In this document: piece after piece, positions 13,601 through 29,300 of the stretch
How positions within the stretch are numbered: position 1 is the stretch's first letter
How the letters are laid out: every line of letters starts with the position of its first letter
From: Tubulanus polymorphus
Taxonomy: Eukaryota > Animalia > Nemertea
Assembly: GCF_964204645.1 (NCBI RefSeq)
Contig: NC_134025.1
Coordinates: 7,192,001-7,256,000 of the forward strand
Length of the DNA: 64,000 bases
Direction of reading: 5' to 3'
Notes under the pieces: generated by a model
Told to the model about the DNA's origin: nothing
The model's input: only the letters and a program-made list of their open reading frames with translations
Database searches by the model: none
Position numbers and translations under genes: made by a program

Positions 13601-16600
13601 TTGTATACGGTATTAGGTAGTTTAGCTGCGTGAAAGATCGTGACTTGTAAGAAGGTGTATATTAGTACGAGAATCGAACATGGCGATTGTCCGAGACGGT
13701 GATGATGGATTGGACACTTCGGTTTGATCGTATTTGTTGCAGCATTGTCGCCGCAGAATTTATCCGTCAATCTCTTCATTGTCATCACCATCAATGACTC
13801 ACAGATCATCCTATCCTCGTTGGGTTCTTAGCTCCGTGCGTACGCCAAAAAAACCTCAAAACGACGAACATGAATTCATCTGCAGGTAGAGACGGCAACA
13901 CCTTACTATGATATCGATAAGGACATGGTTCTATGAATGATAAATTCAGGAGTTAACTAAATACAGACCAGTTTTAAGATCTAAGCCCATCTTTGGTCAT
14001 AATTCATTCCTGTCGTTTCATCTCGTAGTAAAAAAGCAAAGAACCATTAGATCACACAACGCAAATCTCTAAATAGACTTAATAAATGTATATGACATGA
14101 ATTTCAAAGAAAAGTTTCAAGAAATACTTGAAAATCAACAACAACTACTGAATCTAATTCGTTTCCAACTTCAAAATGTATAAACCTATGCTTTTCTTCA
14201 GGTGAACCGGATCTTCAAGGGTAAACACGCGATATTTAAGTGAATATCAATACTGTAATTGAATAACGCGAATTCATTCGGCGAATATATTTTCCATAGC
14301 CCCAGTACAAATACTCGCCAATTTGTTAAAGTGTTCATTCAGAGTTCAGAACGCAATAAATCTATTTGATGTATATGTCAATTTTCAAAATGTAACCACG
14401 CCAATAAAGTACATACACGTCAATTGATAAAAAGTTCTAATGTGATTTTGATTAAACAGCATTAATAACGGAAAATTATAGTCATTATCGCAATTTTTTT
14501 TTAGAAAAGTCAATATTCTTATTTATTCAATGGGCTAAGAATGCGGGATATCGCAGTGACGAGTGGTACTAAATTCCACTGTTCACTGTTTGTATGCATT
14601 TTTATCAGGACAATACGATAAATTGTTATCATAGCATTTCTAGAGACTGAAGTTGGTATATAGCTTGCCAACCGGCCCCGCAGTTTATCGTCGTAATAGC
14701 TACTGAAGCGATTTACTACATGTACGCCTAGTTACGATAGGCCATGCAGAATAATTTCAATCGTGAACGTCATTATGATATATCAGCCAGTTTACTGCTC
14801 GAATTCGGTGTCATAACAGGAAGACAACCAACGACGGTACGCGAGCGACTACAGGAAGGAATTAAATCTACTTAAAATAACAGATCAGCGCTCAATACTG
14901 GCTGCGTTGTTACTCGATACGACAAGCCAATGAATGGATTTACGCGGAATAAAACGAGCGAACAGAAAAACGAAATAAAATTCCTCATCCATCAACCCTA
15001 TTCCACTTTAAATTCAAAGTTTTGAATATGGATATACTTCGAAATCAAACACATTTTTCGATCTTTTCTATAGTATTAAGACACTATTAAGTTTTTAAAG
15101 ATCTTTCACTTGCGAATGCTCCTAAATTCCTGAATTAGCACTATTTATTCCGGCCGATGATACAGCGCGGTAAGACTCGGAAAGTAATTACTCTGAGAAA
15201 AATGTCAAGCGTTTAAGGCGTCAGGCTCGACCAGTTTTTATGTACCCGCCATCCGTCATTGAATTACCGTCGCGCGAGAAGAAAAACTCGCTGACTTCAT
15301 GGACGAAGGGAAAAAGCAAAAAACGACTCTCGTTGCGCCAGGAAAGCCCCACAAGGATTTTAATAATAACCCATCCAAAGCCACAAAATTGCAGACACAA
15401 ACCACTCATAGGGCGTTGGCTCTGTCTTAAATCGGATTTAAGTAAGAAACAAATGCGACTGAAATGAAAGTTGATAAAAGTGAAAATATAGAATTTGTTT
15501 GGGTGTAACTAAAAATTGCCGTACAAAAAACGGGCAATTCATACTTGACATTTATAAAAACCCTTTTTGTATTGATGTATGGATCTTAGATCGGTTATGG
15601 GGACTCCTTCCTCGTTCGGACGCGAGGACAAAAACAGATGCCACAATCAATAAAAATACAACCGATTTTATTGAGGCGAATGGTCGATAAGCGATATAGA
15701 CTTGGCGAGAGACTGACGCGTCCCCGGTGTTCGCGGCGCTGAACACGGCCTCGCAGATTAAAGATGTCGATATCACCTGAACACGATCGAAATTCTGTGT
15801 TACTTTTTTACAATGAGCCGATCACTGCCGCCTCATGAACTCTGACAACTATGGCAAAATCGGAAAATCCCGAAGAAGTTTTCCTTTTGACAAGGTTTGA
15901 CTAGAATTCAAATTCGTGTGCGGATTATTCACGACATTAAAATGCAATTTCGTAAAAGAAGATGGATATCTGTATTCCTGCACTCACCCACTTGCCAGAA
16001 TATTTTCCAACTAAATTCTAAAATCCCTTACTATTTATGAGTGTTGTCAAGACGGCGACCGATGTAGAAATGAAGGAAGGACGATGTGAAAAAGTCATAC
16101 GGTTACCGTTGGAAAAGTTCCGGACCGCGAGGAGAATCGGTCAGGCAGTGTGGTCAGTGAGAGTTTTGAGTCATTTTCTCGACGAAGGCCAGGGGTCAAG
16201 TCAAGCATCCTCGCAGAGGTAACAGGATTAAATGTAGCGTCAAGTCGACGCGGAAAATTCGGTTTGATGTCGGCATCAAGGCGTGAAATTACTCACTTGG
16301 GAGAGAGAAGATCGCGTTGCTTAGGTGCTGATTTTGAGAGGTTCACGTTGCATCGGGCGCAAATTACATTTGTCTAATGATAATACTGTTTTTATTAGTC
16401 TAAAATACATTATGCTTGCCTTAAACAAATGATGTGTAATACGTCATTAATCAAGATAACCACCATTAAAAGGAAACATTCTGGAGCACGTCGAATATCC
16501 AAAATATCATATTCAATTGATTTATTTTCTCGCTAACATTTATGATAACAGGACCTTTAAAAAGAAAATCTTTGAAATAACTATGGACAAAAATTGATTG

Positions 16601-18506
16601 CAAATTCGTTTGTCAATGGCAAAAAATCTCGTCGGTGTATTGAATAAATAAGTCCACACTGTCATTGCAGATGTGTTAATATTTCTCGAAAAGATACAAT
16701 TTCACGCACTATTGTGCCACGCGCGACTGATCTGTCTGCACCAAGAGACAGAGACTAAAAGATATCCGAGGGAGTTGAAAAATCTTCCAATATCTTCTGC
16801 AATCCAATGACGACGGATGGACAGACAAACCATTCAATCGCGCGTTCGCTCTCATTCATTAACGAAAGAAAGCCCTCGACTCAGCGTCGACTCGAGTAGT
16901 TACACAATCGTACCAAATCGTATACGTCTAATTCAATAACGGGCCGTGATGAATTTGATTTACGATTGATATTCAAACTGCGAATAATCTAGTAAACCAT
17001 ACATTACTGATACGCTGATTAGAAGTAGTATGTGTATCCGGCAAAATTACGTTCCCATCTATGATAATTGCGTGCAATGTTTCGTTCAAATTTAGTGGAG
17101 TGTCACTTGAAGATCTATACATATGAACCGTAGTCAAATCAAAGCATACATAAAATTTCCCAAATTTAAATTAATCAATAGTGTGTCATCTGTGTTAAAT
17201 AGTTTTGCAATAGATGCCTGGGAAATTCCAAGATCTTTCAAGATCTTTTCATGGTCTTTTTTACTTTGATTGGCATGCTTAGTGGTGGTTTAAAGCACAA
17301 TACAATCGCGATTCATCACAATACTCCCATCGCATAGAAGAAACGAGTCCAATAACTTCGGCCAGAACAGCATTTATATAGCGAAAATACGATGAAGATA
17401 TTTTCTCATACACCAGCGAACTGGACAAGACAGTCTGAATGAAATGCCGACTGCAGGGCCGAGGAATCCTCGGTATTTCTGATGAAACTTTGATATCGCG
17501 AGCGCACAATGAAAATTCAACGATAGAACTGGCGGATAGAACCGGAGCAGAGGAGGCCGATGTCCGTAGAGAATAAATTGATTAACGACAACGCTAGGCG
17601 TATGATGAACACTCACTTTGGTCTCTCGTTACGAATATCTACCTAATCCGTATGTTCATTGATTACGCAACCGTGTTCTAGAAATACTACTCACACGAGA
17701 ACGGAGGATTTTTTCTGCAGCGATATCCCAGCGTCGATGCGTTTCCACATTTTTTCTCTAGTTCATTCATGAGATTCGTCGATGACAAGTGGACGCACAA
17801 AGCCGCTAAAAACTAGCCATGCAATTTGTAAGTTCTTATTGATATATGATGCTAGGAAGTCACGCGCTTCGATATTGATCAGGGATGATTAATTATTCTC
17901 GTTAAAAAATCAAACGTTAATCAACTCTTCTTCATCATTGTTTAACTTTTTCACCTGACACTATTCATGCATAGATTTGCTAAAATTCCGGGTACTTTTC
18001 CCTTATCATCATCGCCCATGTTATCTGGATAAAAAAGTAAAAAGCCTTCAAGAACAAATTTCATATCTGTTCATTTACTGCTCCACTTCTGTGTCTGTGA
18101 GACTATTTTACCGTGGTATTCCCCGATCAAGTGTAGATTCGGTTTTATTAGCGAGAAATGGAGAACTTTTTAAGCTAAAAACAACGCGTCGATATGATAT
18201 CTAACCAGGCGAGTGTTTTATCGTCATGAAAATTGAGAGAAAACTTGAGCCGGCCGTAAGAGCATTCGATACGGAAAATTCATACGCGACGGTTATGACG
18301 AATTCACATTTTCAGTATGACCACCGTCAATAGAGGAAGAGCGAATTTACAATTAAATTAAGTGTGCCAATGTATCTACATCAAAGAGCACTTACCTACT
18401 CAAAAGGTGCTGTCACTTGAAATTAATGTCACGATGCGTTGGGAAAAATTCACACATACACGGTTTTTACGCTCGTACAAGCGCCATACATATCATCTCA
18501 GCTGCA

Positions 18507-18529
18507 GATGATAATAATGATGATGATGG

Positions 18530-18611
<82 letters not shown>
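18507..18611. repeat. (GAT)n microsatellite
   Basis: 27 perfect GAT units at 18531-18611 plus a degenerate 5' extension. It explains the poly-Asp and poly-His ORFs. Confidence 0.98.
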
Positions 18612-18613
<2 letters not shown>

Positions 18614-19648
18614 AAAATATCAGCAAACGTGATATAACCAATTACAAACCGTGCGCGATAACGATATGAAAGCTGGACGGAGAGATCCATGCAAAGGGCG
18701 TGGGTATTTTTCAAACGCGAGAACTCATCTAAGATATTCATATTCAGCGCATGTGTACCCATAGTGTCGAGATAATCTGATTGCGGATTAGTGTTTATGT
18801 GTTTTATACTTTATCGTTTTGTCAAATTCAGGCCTGTTTCTAAGCGTTAATCTTAGGAACGTCTTACACGAAAGTCATTTTCCGATTCGTCACTAAAATT
18901 GCCACAACTACGAAAACAGATTGACGCATTTTGTGACGAAATAATAAGCTACGTATCTAATTACAGGAAAATACATGTCGTCGTAATAAGTTTTCAGTTC
19001 ATTAAATTTTCTCAGGCATTTTGAACTGCTTCGGGCGTTGAAATTGGGCTGTTTTTTTCTCGCGCCAAAGTCATTTGCTCACGTTTTAAATATAATCTGA
19101 AGAATGACGCACGCGCGTGCATGAACTATTTATACCCGACAGAAAATTAATTTGTAGTAGCGGTATGCGTATCGATAGGTTAACAAACCATGCAGCACCG
19201 GCATTCTCATAATTTGATACATGCAGCCCGTGAAATGCAGTCGCTACTACTTGTGTAATCATATCACCTGATCGCATATGAACTTGCCCGCGAGAATGAA
19301 ATATGTCCGCCTTTTTTCCTGGTCGGCCGCTGACATATTAGCGCTTTTAATATCGTCATCTTGTTAGACAAAGCAGAAATCAGATTTTTGGCGTCAATAA
19401 CGCGCGCGGCGATCGTGAGGGAAAAATGCGCTATAAATTAATATATCGCTTCTATACGGTGATAGCCTCGTGGCCGCAGGTAACCGGGTGCGTATAGATG
19501 AACCCCAGCACCGACTAGACTGTCACGTAATAACCGAAGCCGAGAAATAACACCTTTCCACCGACACACCGAGTTAATAGATATTTATGTATCGCCATAT
19601 GAAATGTCTTCATCATTTCTATTTCAGGGAGACTTATCATAAGAGCTA

Positions 19649-19872
19649 CAGCGGCCAGTGCTACAGAAACTGGCCGGCAAAGTTATACGGGTTTTTTCTG
19701 AGGTCTTTGTCCTCGAACCTAACGAGTTTGAATTAGAGCGCATATCTCAATGAAAAAAAAGAGTCAGAGTTTACCAGTGGATATAGTTGACATAATGAAA
19801 ATAAAAATCCATTATTACCACGGATTTATCCACCGGTTATCTTAAGACAACCTCTGAGCAACTGGCCCCGTG
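19649..19872. mobile_element. Degenerate MITE (GGCCAGT(T)GCT-type termini)
   Basis: The left end CAGCGGCCAGTGCTACAGA resembles the reverse complement of the right end, CACGGGGCCAGTTGCTCAGA. Similar GG(C/T)C-(C/T)GGTTT-type ends occur at ~2195 and 33377-33500. Confidence 0.35.
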
Positions 19873-22800
19873 TTTTCAGTTTCTACTTCAAACAGGGGAA
19901 TTCGTATCACGACACAATTTTGAAATTGAATTTTCTAGCAAAGATGCCGGGTTGCAAAAATTGAAAACGACGGTTCTAATCGTATAGATAAAAATCATGT
20001 ACGACCTGTGACCATGCGATAGACTGGAATGAATTAAGCTGGAATATTAAACTAATTTCTATTAATTGAAGAGCGCCTCGAAGCATGTAAGATTATACCG
20101 AGTCGCAACTTTCGATTGATAACTACGCAACTTACATGTAATTCCTGATTGTACAGAGCTCGGAAATTGTCCGGCACTTATGATGTCATCATATGCACTT
20201 GAGACCGAAGCCTGATGAGGGAATCATGACAGGGACAAGCATTAATATGCCGGCTTGATGGGCAAAACACACATTCGTGGAAATCTGATTTTCCGTCGAA
20301 TAATATCAATCAACTGAACTTCACCGCAGTTATATGCATTCACGTCGTACTATTATATTTATCGATGAACTGAGAAAAATGATGCATTCATTGATACACA
20401 TCTCGAGATCTGATCGGAAAACTCTCCAGAGTCCACGATCCAGGTTTGAGAAATCCCTGCTCGCGATGTATCTCGCGGGAAATAGTCAACAGAATTCTGT
20501 AAATCCTGTCCAGAGTGGCTAGCGTAAAAGAAATAGGTTATTACGCCCGCGGGGCATAGTTATACTGATCAGGTGAAGCCATTGATGATATTAGATTCAT
20601 AATCATAGGTGTGTGAAAACAATCGATGGACTTTGCAGCCGAGGAACAACAGGGAGACGAATTCGAATTTCAGGTTTTCCAATTCGGCGAACTTAAAGGG
20701 TCGCCATAGCAGAAATAATACACGGCCGTACCACTTGTGTCTTACAACCGATAACTTTGTCAGTCATTCGATTCGGATACAATTGAATTTCGATTCCTAC
20801 TCCAATTTCGCTGGCAAACATCTTTAATCTAATCCACCGCTGAGCGCCACCGATACTCTCTCGCGCGGCGATTTCTCGACTATAATAACGTGCGCACACG
20901 ACGCACGTAAAAAGTAGAAATCGCCTAGTATACGGATAGAAAGCGATCGCCCTCGACAAAAACGTATAAGACGTCGTTTTGCGGTCGAAAAGGTTCTCTT
21001 ACGTAGCGGCGATGAATGTGCGTAAACATAAGCAGAAAAGACGAACGAAAATCCCATCAATCGCTGTACGTAAACCAACTGGAAAACAAATCTGACACAT
21101 CACTTTTTTGATAGTGCGGTGTCACGTGATTTAAGTAGATTCGAAATTGATCTGGTTCCGAATTGGAAATCCGAGTAAGCCGAAATCATAATCACATGGT
21201 TCATAGTATTAGTGTAGGTTTTATCATTTGCAATCTTTTTAAACGAAATAGCAACAAAATATTTTCTTTCTTCTACGTATTCTGAACTACGCATTCGTTG
21301 TGGTTACTTGGGAAGAAGAACTTAAACTATTATTTTTCACCCGAGAACCCTTTATAGCAGCTATCCCCCACATGATGTAAAGAAAACAGAGCAAAATAGC
21401 AGGGATTTGTACAGATTGTAGAGAATCAATTATGTCTTCATGCCGAAGTCACTGATAGCATCCCAGCTATAACCTTCGCTATCAGAATAATAAGAAGAAA
21501 ACACGGTCCGTTGCGATAGCGTTTTCAAAAAAAAACTTTTAATACAAGAATTTAATGATTGACTTTCCAAACAATGCACAACAAATAAAACTATATCAAG
21601 AAATCAAGAAATGAGCGAGGAAATGACATTTCCAAAAGACATGTTAAGGTACTATAATAATTCGCTTGGCGTGCAATTCCGTGCTGAAATGGATTCTGAA
21701 GATTTTTCATAGAAAATTTCCGACGATTTCTATTAATTTTTCATCGAAGGTGTGATGATATTTTACAACATTTCTTTCATGATCGTCGCCGTCAATCTAA
21801 CACATACGAGTGTCGAATTCTTCCCCGACTTAAGGATCGGAAATCAGAACCAACCCTGACGGATTCGAATTTCAGCCATCGAACATTTCGATCGTTTCAA
21901 CCGAATGATAGGCAACTATACGCGGCAATATCGACGGATACCTCGATCTGAATGGAGATATTTTTTCCTAAAGAAATTCCACGGCGAAGACAAACACGCG
22001 CGCGCCTGCGCGATACACGGCCATTGTTTTGCCGAGGCGGAAATCCATAAAACGACAAAGTTATTGAATTTCACGAAGTAAATCGTTCTTTAAACAATCG
22101 GACCGGATTGCGATATCACGCCTCCATCCAATGAAGAAGTATTCTCACGACAAAACGATGAAAAATATCGTCGGATTCCGCCATTAATTAACACGGTGAA
22201 ACGGTGTCGTTCTTCGACAGCTGGCTGGAGAGTTATTGGATTCATACTTTGTTTAGTTAAAGAATGGATCTATTGAAAAAGAGCGGCAACATGCTATTTC
22301 ACTGCGCAGATAACGATAAACACATATAAGGTAATTCCAGTGCTATCGATATCGATAAAACAGACTCAGAAAGAAAAAAACGGGGAAATGCTTCAAATCC
22401 TCGATGCTGCGTAATATACACGGGGTGCCTTCCGTTAAATGTTCAATTTCAGCTCGCGAGCTCCCGTTAATGGAATGAATTTGATATTTTCCTTAAAAAA
22501 GATATTTCTGGCTAGGCCGATATTTTCAAACATCCATTCGATGCGAAAACTTCCGTGTTCCATACGTACAGAGATTTTTTCGCATAAGAATAAATTCATT
22601 TGATTCATCAAACATTCATAGGCGATTTATTTGGTAGAATGCGAATGCAATTTTTCATCCTCAAAATATCAACAACAATTCTAAACCATACACACCATAT
22701 ATCTATACAAATATAGCGACACGGGGTATATTTTATTTTTTGATGTGTACAAAGTGTGTGTGGTGAAGAAAATAAGTATGTATGATATGATCACAGTTCT

Positions 22801-25800
22801 CTATGTCTCTCACAGATACAGACTCACACGCGTAAGATCACAGCTAACAAATAAGGCCCTCGGCTAAAACAATGCATGAACCGTTTTTCGTCGAGACGGC
22901 GCCGTGAAATAAAGCCACATCTATTCACTGATATATGATTGCCGATGAAATTTACTTTGTACACTATCATAGAGACGCTTGATACGCGATCTGACATGTA
23001 TTCCATCAATTGAAATCACTTATTCGACTACAAAACAAACAAAAATGTTTCGAATTTTTGTTTCGACAACGGGGTTAAACAGTGAAAGCAGGAAAATGTA
23101 AGAAGTTTAGAAATTTTCGAAAAAAAACTGGGGCTTAATTTATGGGAATATAAGCTTTTACTAACCGTAAACGTAAACTTGTACTAAACGTCATCATCAT
23201 TTTCTTGCGTCGATTCTTTCCTTCCCACCTTAACCTGCCGGATTTTACAGAAAGCTTTGCGTCGACAGAACGAAAGTGTTTTTGGTAATGATATGATATT
23301 TACAGCGATATTCTCTTATTGCGTATAAATTTACAAAAAAATGAAAGTTTTTCTCGCTGCCAGATAACGTGATTTTAATATTATAAGAAGGAACAAATAT
23401 ATTTAAAATCGAAATCGCACTCGGTATAATCACGAAGTCAAGAATATATTTCCGAGACTGAATTTGTACGTGTTCGGTCAAAATACAGTTCCTAATTAAT
23501 CTTAACAGCCAGAAGCTTTATCGAAGATTACGTAACTCCCAAATAACTTAATAAATTAATATATGCTTATGACGTATATGACGTTTGAATGCGCGAATCT
23601 GGAGAGAATATAATTCGAAATGGTTTATCTCTGACGTTTTCAAAACCACAACAATATAATGACCAATTCGATATTTTTCGCGTCGAGCCCAGAGTGCTGC
23701 GCATTATGCAACCGTTTATGATAAATAGCCCGGCGACATCTCTCTTTGCATTACACGTTTTTTTTAATCCGAAATATTTGGATTTCTTTTCAATGCGACG
23801 ATAGACTTCCGAGTTTAGACATAGCTCTATGCAGACCAAAGATTCGAAAATGCAATGTAATGATTGTTTTCCGTATCTGTGCCGGATTTGTTTTGCAAAT
23901 ATTAACCGCGCCCCACCCCATACGGGAACGCTTTCAAAAACTGCTAAACCGATTGCACACAAAAACGCCAAATCGAAAATAAAAACTAAACGCAATAACG
24001 AACAATACGTAGAAGTTTGGTACGAATTACCTACCTGCTTTTGCAAATAATACGCCTTGGAATTGTGCACTCAGTGATTCATAGCGTGGCTTATTCCAAT
24101 GTCGGTTCGAAAACTTGCAGCAACTAGCAGCATAAGTTGCAGCGACGCTAGATGTCTCTCTAGTCCTGCTGCAGCCTCGTCGATGATGCGTTAGCAGTAT
24201 CGGCAGCATATTGGCTCTGGAAAAATACAATAACAGCGACACGATCTTCAGTCGTAGTAGAACATTTCAGACTGAATGAACGAAAAACTAAAAATTATAT
24301 AATGGGCATGAAAACACTCGACGAAATTCACTGGCACACCATTACGTGAAGTTGTCGCTCTTCAAAATTTAATTGACACAATTATTTTAACTGGGATATT
24401 CAGTACTATGCTGAAATAGAATATTCTTGAAACGAGACACCATGCATTTAAGATACAAATTCATTATCTAACTTTACATAAGCGATGAATATAATTAAAA
24501 GCTTTTAATATGAATGAGTTTTATCAGTAATTCGTAGGAAAATCTTTAACTCGTCTCTGCATACTGAAAATTATGATCTGAATAAGTTATTTCATATATA
24601 GACTAATTGATTTTGTCGTGAACGGTTCTCATGAATTTATCAGGACTATTTTACAGGAATATGGAGTCTATCGAATTCCTTCGGTAGGATGCCTACAGAC
24701 ATTCAGTTATGCAATCATCAGTTTCGATATCTATGGCTAAATGCTAGCGTTTATCAAATATAAATTTCGACATCAGATGTACGGGTTTTAATTAAAACAA
24801 GTCCATAAACATGCGGCAATTCCTGTTTAATTACGCCGTCCTCAAACTCCAAGTGAGCATTTCAATGGTACACAACTTCAAAGCCGAAGCTGTCTGCAAG
24901 CAAAATAAATTTAATCTCAAGCGGCGTCTGTTCCCCCTAGGTAGAAATTACGTCTCGAAACAAACCACTAATAACGCGAGCCAAACTTGAGTCAACCGTC
25001 ACACGTCACAGCGATCGGTCTCTGGCGCAGTGTGTTTCGATTCTCATCATTTCGAATCTTAAAAAAAAACATATTACGAGCCCGAATTTAATTAATTCAT
25101 TTCTCCGATAAAATCGAAGTCTTAAGCGTTTTTAAGATTACTCGACGAAAAACCATACACAACACGTGCGGTTAGAGAACCCTTCCGGATCCAGGTACGT
25201 TTGCTTATTAGTGGCTTCTCTGATTTTTTGCTTGTAGACCGCAAGGTTTATCACAGTTTTGCGTTTATGTTGCCTAGTACGACAAAAAACTAACGCGCAA
25301 TGAGGCAATGCCCATGAGCTTTTCCTGTGACTGGTGCTCCGTACAAAGACAAGTGCGCTAACAACGCCTGGTGAGAATGAGTATAAATAAACGATAAGTT
25401 ACTATTCGTAAACGTGGATGGAAAAACTCGATCAAATATCCTGAGTTAGAGTGAAGGAAAAGTTCTACTATTTCATACATACATGTGCCACGATTGATAA
25501 TATCCATGTACACACTGTTGTTTTTTAGTTTTCTTTTCTCATTTAGCCACACTAACAGTGCTAGATCTATGATGATTTGTGTAAAAATGGAACTTAAGAT
25601 CAAATCAGGATTGTTCATCGTCGATGCAATACTATGTGCATATTTTGAGATCTAAATGTGGACACGGGTATGATTAACCTACGTTCTGTGGATGACATAT
25701 CATTATTATGTTGTCTATTTCTAAGTATGAGAGTTTTCACGATTCCTAATTAAATTTGACACGATGTTTATAGGCGATTGAAGTCGCTTCGTGAGAAACG

Positions 25801-26745
25801 GTAAGCATTATACTCTATATGCGTACGTACACACGTACACACGTATATACATAACTTCTTCTGATATTGAAAGATAAAGTTTTTACAGAACGAGGTTGAT
25901 TAGTATTTTATGAAGTACCGAAGCGTACGTGCATACCTTTACTTATGTAATTATATCTTTCTGAACAACCTGAAACTAGTCAAAACTACTACAAGCTTAC
26001 GTACACTTAGCTGTTTGAGGTTTTGTTATCTTCTTCTGCGTCTATGCAAAACAATACAAACATCGCACAATTGTTGATGGTGTCACGACGAGTCATACGA
26101 CACCATTTTACTTTTATCTCTAGGACGGTTATACTTCAGCGAAGAGTTCAAAATTTTATGTACGAAGAAGAGCGTAGAATTACGCGTTAAGATAATCGTA
26201 TTTCTGTGGAAAAAAAGAGAATGTCGATTGTAAGAAGTAGGTTTGAAATATTAGAGAATAAGGCTTTAGACGTTTCAGGTTACGGAAAGAAATACAGGAA
26301 AATTAGATAATATAGTCTAATTACATGAAGAAAAGGGCAGAATAGGAACCTCTCATGAATGCTCTCTTCAATGTTTAGAAAATCTTTTCTCGCGACTGTG
26401 ATGACAAGATTTCGAGCTCAGTAAAAAATTGCATAACCGCACGGATGCACGGATAATGCTGCGAAAGTATAGGAAGGAGGCGGATTCGCAACGTGAGTTC
26501 AATAGATGATGTTGACGAGTGCCTATAACACAAGATAATTGACTAATTTACTAACAAATGAAGCGAATACCAAGACTCAAAAATGTTCAGCAAATAACAG
26601 ATATTTTGGCTTATAATAAAATATTCTCTGCACATTGAGGCATTTTGTGCGATGTACAGAAAGAAGTTTGTTCTTTCACAATGGTAGCTGCAATTCAGCA
26701 ACGCAGACGGTATAGTAGAAAGAAGCAGCGTGAGCGTTTACTTCT

Positions 26746-26768
26746 GCAGCAGCAGCAGCAGCAGCAGC
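26746..26768. repeat. (GCA)n microsatellite
   Basis: About 7.7 units, read directly. Confidence 0.9.
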
Positions 26769-28999
26769 TAAACTACCGGTCACCGATGATGACTTAATGA
26801 TACGTCAATTACGGTCACTCTCGCGTAATACCCCCAATCTTGACATGGCTCATTACACACACAAATAACGACTCAATGAAATCAACCCATCACGACGTAC
26901 GACCGTACGACACCGCGACACGGCGGGGTGCTGCGGCAAAAAATGTATACAAAAATGTCATCGTCGACGCCAAGTCCGGTGGCGTAAAAAAACCCTTCGT
27001 GCACTTTTGGTCGGAACGTGAAATGTCTTGAGATGCGAATTTTATCAAATGTGAACGCGAATTTTTAACAGGTAAACAATTCAGTAATGACCGCATAAGA
27101 CTATATGGTTAGTCTGCAGTCAAAAGTTTGTCAATAAAGTAAAGTAAAGTTAAGGGCATGTAGTCACAACGTATTCAATATCATCAACAATTCATTACAT
27201 ATAATACAGACATGGAGATGACGTACAAATATAGAGAAGAGCTTTAATTGATAATTTGATACCAAGTTGATCATTAATAATTTGTGAATGTAAATATCAT
27301 AGAACAATCAAGTCTAGTAAGGTGGACGTTTGACCGATGAAATCAAACAGTATATATACCTATAACAGGGTGTTAGGAATATGGCAGCATGCAAAGATCT
27401 GCAGGTTTTCTGTTAAGGCATTCACCCTAATCATTCACTCTCACACGAACCTATACCTGGAATATCTTTCGAGAGACCAAATCCCAATAGAAGCATCAAA
27501 TATGATCGACATGAAATATTATCAGATATGTATAAGTCCGGTAGAGTAGAACATGTAGGTAAAATATCGTATGCGAAAGAAAAATATATTGGTTCTGCAG
27601 TGAATAAACGTAAATCTCGTTCATTTATCAGTTTGTTCAGGACTCCCTGAGTGACGCTCAGCGAGGACATTCCGCCAATTCCCATTTATTGGTTTACGAG
27701 AGAGAGAGAGAATGAAAGTGATGGTCAATAATAAGTCCATCCGTCGTCAATCGTCGTCTTTCTCACACGCAGACGTGCACTCCTCGCCGGACATAATGGC
27801 CTGACCAAACGTTCGCTTCTATTAACGACTGCTTATGATTCACGGCGAATCTGGGAAACTCGCTGCCGCAACAAGATTGATGTCAGGAAAGATTACGTTT
27901 TCCGCAACAATGATGAAATCATATTTATACGACGATTATCGCCTGGACGTCATTAGAATACCCGGCCGTATGCGAAATTCAAAATACCAACAACAGCATA
28001 TTAATACGGCAAGACGTAGTAAGATTGATGTAGAGACAAGTTCTTCTTGTTTTCAGGCCCTAGAAATGTTATTTTTTGTATTTTTGTTTCTTTGTAAACT
28101 CTATCGGGCAAACATTATTTACAACTACTCAAATCTACGCTAGCGAATAAAATAACAATTTGCATGTACAGCCACTCATGTGTACAACCATTACCAAATA
28201 CGAATTTGTCCCGACGAGGCTCGACAGGAAACGAAAGCTGTTCACTTTGACATTTCACCTGATTGCCGGGGAAATGGTAAGATTAATTGTGCCACTTTAA
28301 TACATGATGTCCCGACGATCACATCATCAGCTCTGAACGATGTAGAGCTGGGAAACGAGACTTTACCATCGGGGTCACCATCAGTATAGCGACACTCAAA
28401 TATTGAGGTGTCAGAAAATTACATGAAACTTTTTCTACCGATCACGATTTTCCACAGAATGTTTTTCTTATAATCTTGTTCTTGTCCTCATGTCATAACG
28501 GTACCCCGTCTCCCAGAAGCTACATGCTAAAGTAAAGCAGCAATACGGTAAGTGGGTGAATGGATAAATGGCTGTATGAATTCTGCATCCATATGGTGAT
28601 AATATCACCAGAATCAATCACCATTGAATAACGGCATAAGAGAGCTAATTGAATTATTTCTAATGAAAAATGAATAAGCGAAGAAAGGATGATCAAAATA
28701 ATGACAGTTCTGTCTCATGATGAACACGTGCCGGTTCATTTGGTACATGAAATCGTTATTAAACAAATGCCTCATCAATGTTGCATTTAAAGCTACGTTG
28801 AAGAGCGAGATTCTGCGCGAAACGACGTCACTTTCAGGCATGAAATAATGATAACCTCGGTGGTGCACTTCAGTTGAAAAGCTTAATCTTTCAATGAATC
28901 GAAATGAATGCGATCGTTTCGCGCACATAAAAAGCTGACGGGTTTTTATTTTTTATGAGCAATCAATCAATGTAGCAAAGTCAATGCAGCAAAATACTG

Positions 29000-29300
29000 C
29001 AACGGTGGATTTAGGTGGGTGGATCGGGTGGACTGGTCCACCCCTCCAAAATTCGAATTTGCCCTCCCAAATGTCTTGAATTTTACGAAGAAAATTTCGA
29101 AAAAAATGAGAAATCAAACCAATGGGCCACACGAATAAGCATTGAAAACTCCTTTTTGTCATAGGTTTTTTGTGGAAGGACCCCCACCAATGCTTTCGCG
29201 TTCAGCCCTCGCATTACCAAATCTGCCCTTTTCACATAGGCCTAAGTGTCCATTCAAATTTTCAGGTCCACCCCTTCAGGGAATCCTAGATCCGCCCCTG
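29000..29300. mobile_element. MITE with CAGGGGCGGATCTAGG-type terminal inverted repeats
   Basis: Left end CAACGGTGGATTTAGG and right end CCTAGATCCGCCCCTG, with GGTCCACCCC near both ends. No clear TSD. Confidence 0.7.

Noticed and set aside
18417-18762. Poly-Asp and poly-His ORFs
   Set aside because: Both are artefacts of the (GAT)n microsatellite.
23567-24242. Cluster of overlapping ORFs up to 167 aa
   Set aside because: There are no family motifs or exon structure, and the composition looks like translated non-coding DNA.
24972-24986. Minus-strand similarity to the 3' part of miR-375
   Set aside because: The seed region does not match and no precursor hairpin is evident.
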